Source of the DNA: Lama glama
Lineage: Eukaryota
DNA length: 64,000 nucleotides
Assembly (NCBI GenBank): GCA_028534125.1
Contig: CM052818.1
Span: forward strand, 13,890,001 to 13,954,000
Direction: 5' to 3'
Shown here piece by piece: positions 27,547 through 64,000 of this stretch. How positions within the stretch are numbered: position 1 is the first letter of the stretch; the number at the start of each line of letters is the position of its first letter. The translations under genes and the position numbers were made by a program. The notes below the pieces were generated by a model. The model was not told the origin of the DNA. It saw only the letters and a program-made list of their open reading frames with translations, and made no database searches.

Positions 27547-28046
27547 NNNNNNNNNNNNNNNNNNNNNNNNNNNNNNNNNNNNNNNNNNNNNNNNNNNNNN
27601 NNNNNNNNNNNNNNNNNNNNNNNNNNNNNNNNNNNNNNNNNNNNNNNNNNNNNNNNNNNNNNNNNNNNNNNNNNNNNNNNNNNNNNNNNNNNNNNNNNNN
27701 NNNNNNNNNNNNNNNNNNNNNNNNNNNNNNNNNNNNNNNNNNNNNNNNNNNNNNNNNNNNNNNNNNNNNNNNNNNNNNNNNNNNNNNNNNNNNNNNNNNN
27801 NNNNNNNNNNNNNNNNNNNNNNNNNNNNNNNNNNNNNNNNNNNNNNNNNNNNNNNNNNNNNNNNNNNNNNNNNNNNNNNNNNNNNNNNNNNNNNNNNNNN
27901 NNNNNNNNNNNNNNNNNNNNNNNNNNNNNNNNNNNNNNNNNNNNNNNNNNNNNNNNNNNNNNNNNNNNNNNNNNNNNNNNNNNNNNNNNNNNNNNNNNNN
28001 NNNNNNNNNNNNNNNNNNNNNNNNNNNNNNNNNNNNNNNNNNNNNN
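27547..28046. other. Assembly gap (exactly 500 N)
   Basis: N run seen directly. Confidence 1.
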
Positions 28047-28379
28047 AAACTTCAAGTGCTTGCTTTAGTTCAGTGATACGAAGAGAAGCAATCCCCTCTG
28101 AACTCTGCTCCATAGGCAAAATATGGTACCAGTCAAGTATTATGAAACCTTATTTCTCAGTGTCAGCAGTACCAAAGAGCAAACATTAGAATTTAAATTC
28201 CTGAGTTCACGCTCAACACTGAATAATAGTGTTCTGTTGCACTGCAGACTGTAAATGTCCAGCCAAACCACCCCAGAAATTCAGGCAATTTAGAGTTCAG
28301 CCTTTAAACTTCCTCCATATGAGGCAAGTTAATTGTAGCAGCTTTTCAGGCAAGGTTATAAGGCCAATTCACACAAATG

Positions 28380-28582
28380 AGGTTTTCTCAATCTCGGAGG
28401 GAGGGTAGTCCCCCACCCCATACCCCCAAAGGTCATTTAGATATTTTTGGTTGTGGGGAGGGGCGGTGTGCTACTGGCATTAAGTGGGTAAGAAGCCAGA
28501 GATGCTGTTCTATCATCCTGTGATGCAAGAGAGAGCCTCCACAAAAAGAGTTACCGGCCCAAATTGCTGAGGTCAAAAAACT
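28380..28582 (+). mobile_element. MER20-like hAT-Charlie element
   Basis: gttttctcaatctcgg...gtgctactggcattaagtgggta...gatgctg...gctgaggtcaaaaaact. Confidence 0.75.
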
Positions 28583-28738
28583 AACAAACCAGCTTATATT
28601 CAGACAGCTACTATTAAATACAACATAATTCTGGCCAAGTGTAGTTTTATCAAAAAAATACTGTGATCAATTTGATGCCTAAAATCCATTCTTCAAATCA
28701 CTAGAATAAAATTCCAGTTAAATGTTAGTTCATGTCTT

Positions 28739-28744
28739 TTTATT
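28739..28744 (-). terminator. RPS27A polyadenylation signal AATAAA
   Basis: tttatt on + strand, 13 nt past the stop codon; a very short 3'UTR is typical of ribosomal protein mRNAs. Confidence 0.85.
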
Positions 28745-28757
28745 AACTGATAAACAA

Positions 28758-31163
<2,406 letters not shown>

Positions 31164-31278
31164 CTTGGCGGCAGTCCCACCTGAAGATGAGGAAAAGGAG
31201 GAGACAGGTGAAACCTGGGGACCCAGGACGGGCGCTAGCAGACCACGGGTGGGAGAGCGGCCCAGAACACACACTCAC

Positions 31279-31304
31279 CACAGATGGCGGATCCGAAAGG
31301 AAGG
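31279..31304 (-). promoter_or_regulatory. RPS27A: RPS27A non-coding exon 1 with 5'TOP/TCT initiator and YY1-like site
   Basis: Minus strand reads CCTTCCTTTCGGATCCGCCATCTGTG|gtgagt: pyrimidine tract at the cap, CCGCCATC motif, strong donor. Confidence 0.88.
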
Positions 31305-32649
31305 ACGCCGCGCCGGCCCTCGGGCTTTCCCGGCACTCCCCGGAGGCCCCTCCTCCTAGGCGGCTACACCAAATGCCTGAGCGCTGTCTCAGCGGCTGTC
31401 CAGCCACATGCCAGACCAGGTCTGACCTCACTTTTCCTCGCTCTAGCCTGGTCTTAGTTCTCATTTTAACCTTCAGAATGCTCTCGAAATAATAGATTTA
31501 AACAACTTAAAAATGTCTTTAAAAGGCTTTTCCCATGCAGTTGACGTGGCTAAGAGGGTCTTTCAAAGGGGGTGGGGTTGAAGGGGCCTCATTGAGGAAC
31601 CGGGAGGAAACAGAAGTGTCTTCTGGGAACTGTAGTTTTCCGCTGCTTTCTTCTCGCTCGGACTACTTGTCCCAAGATGCAGTTCCACACCCCCGAGCTC
31701 CCTAGTTACAGTCGCCTAGCTCTGGAGTCGGGGTTTGGAGAAGGATTAAGGTGAGGAGTGAGCAAGGGTGAAGCGCAGTAATGGTTTCGGGAAGACGGAA
31801 TCGGGTGGGAAATGAATAGGAAGGAAAGTTAAGAAGCTGGAGAAGGCTGGGGGAACGAAAGTGTCTTTCACCCATGTAGAGGCGTTGAGGCGAGGAGGGT
31901 CAGCCATCTACCACCACACGCTCCTTGGGTCTTCAAAAGAAGGGCTATCCTGTGGCCAGCTCCAGGTCAGCTGAGAAGTAGGTCTTCAGAACCTTCCGTC
32001 CATCCTTTTCTCGCTCTGTGGCTCCTCCCCGCCTTCAACCCCCAGGGCTCTCCTAGCCTAAGGAGAGTTCTGTCTGTTGTGTCACTACGTGGTGTGGAAC
32101 AGTTTAATGTGCTGAAAGTCTCAGTAGTTTTCAAATTGTCGAATGAAGCCGTATGGGAAAGAAACCCGCAGAATGGTTATTTAGTGTAGAATTTCCAAGT
32201 TTGGACGTTGGAGTGGTGGTGAAGGTCCTAAGGGGAAGTTTTAGGAGTCTGTGTAGGGCGCTCTCCCGGAAGGCGGGCCAGTCAGCGAGTTGCACCCTTC
32301 CCCTGGCCTTTCTCCACTGCTCAAATCCTTATGTGTGCCTTCCTAATATATTTTCTATCTCTCTATGCCCTCCCCTAGGCATCCCCATTCCCAAATTCAG
32401 GCCCCCCTTAAATTTCTCTGTCCCCAGTCGTCTTTCCTAACCCACCTCCAAAATATTGTAGAAAATAGAAAAAATTATGTCATTATTCTACTTCACCTTT
32501 CAGATAACATCCAGATTGTTTGGTATGATATTCAGCCTCTGCCTCTCTTAACAGCCTAATCTGCTAAACCCGTTACTCTCTTTACACTTTGATAACGTTG
32601 AGCTAATTGAAGTTCCTTTCATGTTTTGGCATTTCTTCTCCCTGGAACA

Positions 32650-34250
32650 CTCTTTGTCCCATAGTCTGCTAACTACTCTCCACCTTTACAACAAAACTCC
32701 TTGAAAGAGTTGTCTTTTCTCATTGTCTCCATTTGTTATCCTTCCATTGACTTAACCCACTCACATCAAGCTTTTGCCCTCATCATCACAGTGGAACAGC
32801 TCTTGCAGTTACTAATCACCTCCATGTAGCTGAGTTCAGTGGTCGTTTAATCTTATTTGATCTGTTAGCAGTTTTTGACACAGGTGATCTTTCCTTGCGT
32901 CTTTGAAACTTTCTTCGCTTAAGTTCCATTTCCCTTCTGTCTCCCTAGACATTGTTTTCCAGGCTCTGTTGTTGCTTCCTCCTTATCTACCAGACCCCTA
33001 AACTTTGGAATGCCCCCAAGGCCGAGTCCTTGGACCTCTGCTTTATTTACATTTCCTAGGTCATTTTCCATTGTGTCATAACTTTTAAATATCATTTATA
33101 TGCAGATGACTTATGAACTTACCCCTCACTGAGACTACTCACCTGAACTCCAGCTTCACATATCCAGCTGTCTACACAGCATCTCTAGTAGGCAGCCCCA
33201 AACTCCTTATCTTATGAAATTGCTCTTCCCATCTCATAAATGGCAATTCTCATCTTTTCACTCGCTGAGGCTAAAAACTTCATGGTCATCCTTGACTGTT
33301 CTCTTATACCCACATCTAATTCCTCAGCAAATCTTCTTGGTTTTATTTTCGGCATATATGTAGAACACTTCCCACCATCTCTGCTGTTACCTGTCTGATT
33401 CAAGCCACCATTATCCTTGGCCTGGACTATTGTGATAGTTCTTTCAACTTTGACCCTTGTCTGCACAGAACAGCAAGAGCTATTCTTTGAAAATGTAAGT
33501 CAGCTGTCATTCTTCTGCCCACCACCCTCCAATGGCTTCTCATCTCACTCAGAGTTAAGCCCAAGTTCCTATAAGCAAGGCCTGTCAGTCCCACACTGGA
33601 ATGACTGGAAGCCCCATTCCAGCTCCTTGCTTCTCTTGCTCAGTCTGCCTAGAGAAAGAGGTCTTGCTCAGTCTGCCCAGAGAAAGAGGCACCTTTTTCT
33701 AAACTGCACCAAGGTGCCCGATGGTTGGTAGTGGTCCTGCCTTCAAGGCACTATATTCTACATGACCTGGCAGCTACTTCTCTGACCTCATCTTTCTTCT
33801 CTCCTTTTCTCATTCTGTTCTAGTAACCTTGCTGTTCTCCAGATGTGCCTTCCTGCCTTGAGGCCTTTGGACTTGCAGCTCTGCCTACCTCAACCACTCT
33901 TCTCCCAGGGATCTACATTACCTGCGTTTTTCAGATTTCTGAAATGTTGCCTTATCAGTGAGGGCTTTCCTCTTTTCTGACTTAATGCATTATATAAAAT
34001 GGCACCCTCCCACCTTCCTTACTCTCTATCCCCCTTTCCTTGTTTTATTTTTCTGTGTACAACTTACCCCCATCTGTTATACTATATTTTTATTCGTGTG
34101 TCTTCTGTCTCATTACTTGAATGTAACCTCTGGGAGTTAAGGACTTTGTTTTGTTCAGTGCTATATCACTAGTGCCTGGAGTAGTGGCAGACACACAGTA
34201 GTTCTCCACCCTCCTCCCCCGAAACATTTATTGAATAAACAAATGCAGCA
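32650..34250 (+). mobile_element. L2 LINE fragment; smaller L2 pieces at ~35220-35420 and ~10990-11110
   Basis: Typical L2 ORF2-end/3'UTR motifs (tatgcagatgact, cctgaactccag, gtgcctgg...ttattgaataaa). Confidence 0.75.
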
Positions 34251-36850
34251 CAACTTAAGCATTGTCCTGGATGTTATTCCATTAGGTATTTTCCTTGATG
34301 TTCCCCTGCCCTCTCCTAAAGAATACTGAGAGTCTCCTCTGGGCTTTTGTAGCCCATTGTGCCCACCTGTCACACTGCCTTCTCTGCTCTGTAGCAGTGG
34401 TTCATTCAGCTAGACCCAGTACTTGACTGGGAACCCTTGTGACTTGTTTTTCTGTGTCCCTCAGTGTCTGATATGAATGAGTAAGTGAAAGGTCATATGA
34501 GTTGGTTTTGTAACTCAGTGGCATTCTATAGATGCTGAAGAACAATCACTTTAGCTATGTTCTGGTTTGAGGACACAAGTCATGTCTTCGAGCAGACCAA
34601 GTTATTGCTCAGAGACCATTGATTATTAAGCTTTTTTTTTTTTCCGAGTATGTAGTCTGCTAGATACTGTATTATGCACTGGAATGCATATGGGTGGGGA
34701 AGGATAACGGGGAATGAGAACAATTTGGTTCTGATCTTATCAAACTTACCACCCTCTGGGAGAGACAAAGTATATAAATAGAATTTTGAGTGATAGTACC
34801 ATGATAGAGAAGGTGCACAGTGCATGGGAGAACATGGCAGTGGTACTTGATCAAGTTTAAGGGAATCCAGGGCAGCTTTTCCTGGAGCTGATAGGCCGAA
34901 ATATGAAAAATGAGTAAAAGCCAAGTGAATGAAAGTGGTAGCACCATGTGTATCTTGTGATGGAGGAGAGTGGTGAAGTTGCAGGAAGGGAATGCTGGGA
35001 TGTGGAGAGAATTATGCAAGACCCTCAGGCAAGAGAGCAAGTTCATGGGAGTGGATGGGGGTTAGGAGGACAGGGTCATGAAAAGACTAGATTTGGTCAG
35101 AGAGAATAAGAATCCCTGGTTCCTATAGGGCAACCGTAGACTAAATAAAGGAACTTAGATTTTATCCTAAGGGTAGGAGGAAGACACTGGTGTTCATATG
35201 TGACCACTCACTCCCCAGTGATCACATGCATTCCTTCCTCCTTTGATTTTTATCTTTTACTATCTGATATTACAGTATTTATTTATAGTTTGTCTCCCCT
35301 ACTAGACTGTAAGCTCCAAGGACCCAGGACTTTATCTTATTTATTGCTGAATCTCTAACTATAAAACAATGCCTGGCACTTAGTGGACACTCATTAAATA
35401 TTGGTTGAATGAATGAATAAAGGAACTGATTTCTTATTTGGGAAAGCTGTTGATCCATCTACGGATTATTACCTGGTTAGAACTACTTTATGTTTATTTG
35501 TAAACTGATCTTTCATTACCCAGTTCATCAACATAAAGATAAATTAGGTCTTTTAAACTTTGAAATTATTTTGATGTCTCGCTCCTCCTATATATGGCCT
35601 ATGGGTAATATTTATAGGTCATATATGTTATTTCAGATAACCAGATATCAATCATATTGCCAAAACATGGTAAAATTGATTTAGACCTTTATTCATCACA
35701 GTGTTACTTTTAATAGTGAAAATGTCCAACTTTGGGGAATGGTTAAATTATGGTCTATTATACTATGAAATACTGTGCAATCATTAGAAGTCATGTTTTT
35801 TGAAAACTATTTAACAACATGGAAAAGTGCTTTTAATAGTGGGAAAAATTAGGATGCAAAACTGAGTATAGAGTGTGATGCTAATTTTTATAATTATTTT
35901 TATAATTTTTATAATTATAAAAATTGGAAGGAAATACACCAAAATATTAAAGTCATTATCTTTGGATGGTAGGATTCTAGATGATCTTTCATTGATTTTC
36001 TTTGATTTATATTTTCTAAATTTTATACCATGTGAGGAGAGTGGGGAGAGTTAAAACGTCTCGCCTTACCAGGCATTTTTAAGCAAATCACGGATTCTGT
36101 TTGATGCTAATGTGAATAGATCTCAGGATCCGACTTCTGTATCCAACTCTAATTGGACTGTGATTCTTTACTAAAAGAGCAGTGAAAGGTAGCTGTTTGA
36201 AAACCACACTCAGAAGGTACTGCTTGTTATCTTTGACATCATCAATGGATAGATTTTAACAGAAGTCCTGACTTCTTACTTTTTTTTTAGTACATTCTTA
36301 TTAAAGGTAAGAATTATAATAAAGTTTATCATAAAAACAATGAATTATTTATAACTATTGTGTGTTAGATAACTGTGACTGGACCAGGAGGTACATGGGT
36401 GGAGAAATATTTGACCTTGTTTATGACATCAGGAGGCTTCCAAAGTAGTTTTCCCACACGAAATATACAAAATGGTAATAAACTTCTGTTAGAAAGTGTT
36501 GAAAAGTATAAGAAACCATTAGATCATGTGATACATCTGCTTGTTTCGCAAGAAAAGAACTCTTTATGGACTCGTATTTGGTATTTCTCTCCCAGAGGTA
36601 TAGCACATGGCAGTAGAAGAGATCAGACCTTATATTTCGCAGGTTGAAATATTTATCTCAGAGATCCATGAGACACTTTTGTCTTCCTGAAACAAATATA
36701 CATTTTTATATCAATATTTGACTCAATTTATTTTAAGCTTCAGATTAATTGTGGTCTTTTTTTCTTTTAGGCTTATCAAAATCTTTGGCATTGTTGCAGA
36801 AGCAAGTCAAGACCTAACTTTTCTCTGGTGAACAACTGTGCAGATTGTGA

Positions 36851-63644
<26,794 letters not shown>

Positions 63645-64000
63645 TAGAGTAAGATGAAGAAATAGTAATGGGTTATTTAGGGAAAGGATCAAGATTATTA
63701 TGTTTAACTCTGTCTTCCTAAGAGTTCCTTCTTGGCAAGAGTTAACTTGAGTCTATAAATGTAAAAACTAACATGTCAATAATACTCTTTTGGCAAAGTA
63801 TATATTTCTTGAGAGGATTAGGATAAAGAGAGACTCTTTATGAAGCTTCAGGGAAACATCATAATAATTATAATAATTAAGACTACTCTAAAAACTTTAT
63901 GTATATTAACATATGTGTATATATAGTAATTTTTTTGTATGTTTTAGATGGTATTTAGACAAACTTTATATTTTTCACTCCTAAACCAAGTATTTACTCT

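Noticed and set aside
27465..28189. Long ORFs of 187-223 aa
   Set aside because: Artefacts of translating the N run.

Overview
Mammalian nuclear genomic DNA: intron-rich, repeat-rich, with CpG islands. It is probably a camelid, inferred from seven tRNA-derived SINEs resembling the camelid Vic-1 family. The window is the conserved CCDC88A-PRORSD1-MTIF2-RPS27A-CLHC1 block. It holds a probable CCDC88A 3'UTR (+, 1-~1600), an intact 2-exon PRORSD1/ProXp-ala gene (-, 169 aa), and MTIF2 (+, 11 coding exons, 1870 nt). The MTIF2 C-terminal exons are missing and presumably lie in a 500-N assembly gap at 27547-28046. It also holds complete RPS27A (-, 156 aa ubiquitin-eS31 fusion) head-to-head with CLHC1 (+, 10 coding exons, continuing past the window end). 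I derived all exon boundaries by hand and the reading frames join in phase. I found no wholly new multi-gene system. The best leads are: (1) a 61-nt copy of a CLHC1 coding exon embedded in an L1 in the preceding intron; (2) W-K-E-I instead of W-x-x-R in the IF1-mimicking insert of mtIF2; (3) a GC-AG intron inside the RPS27A ubiquitin coding region; (4) an intact PRORSD1, which is annotated as a pseudogene in human; (5) a ~195-bp dispersed duplication between the PRORSD1 and MTIF2 promoters. Repeat family names and comparisons with human proteins are from memory and need database confirmation.
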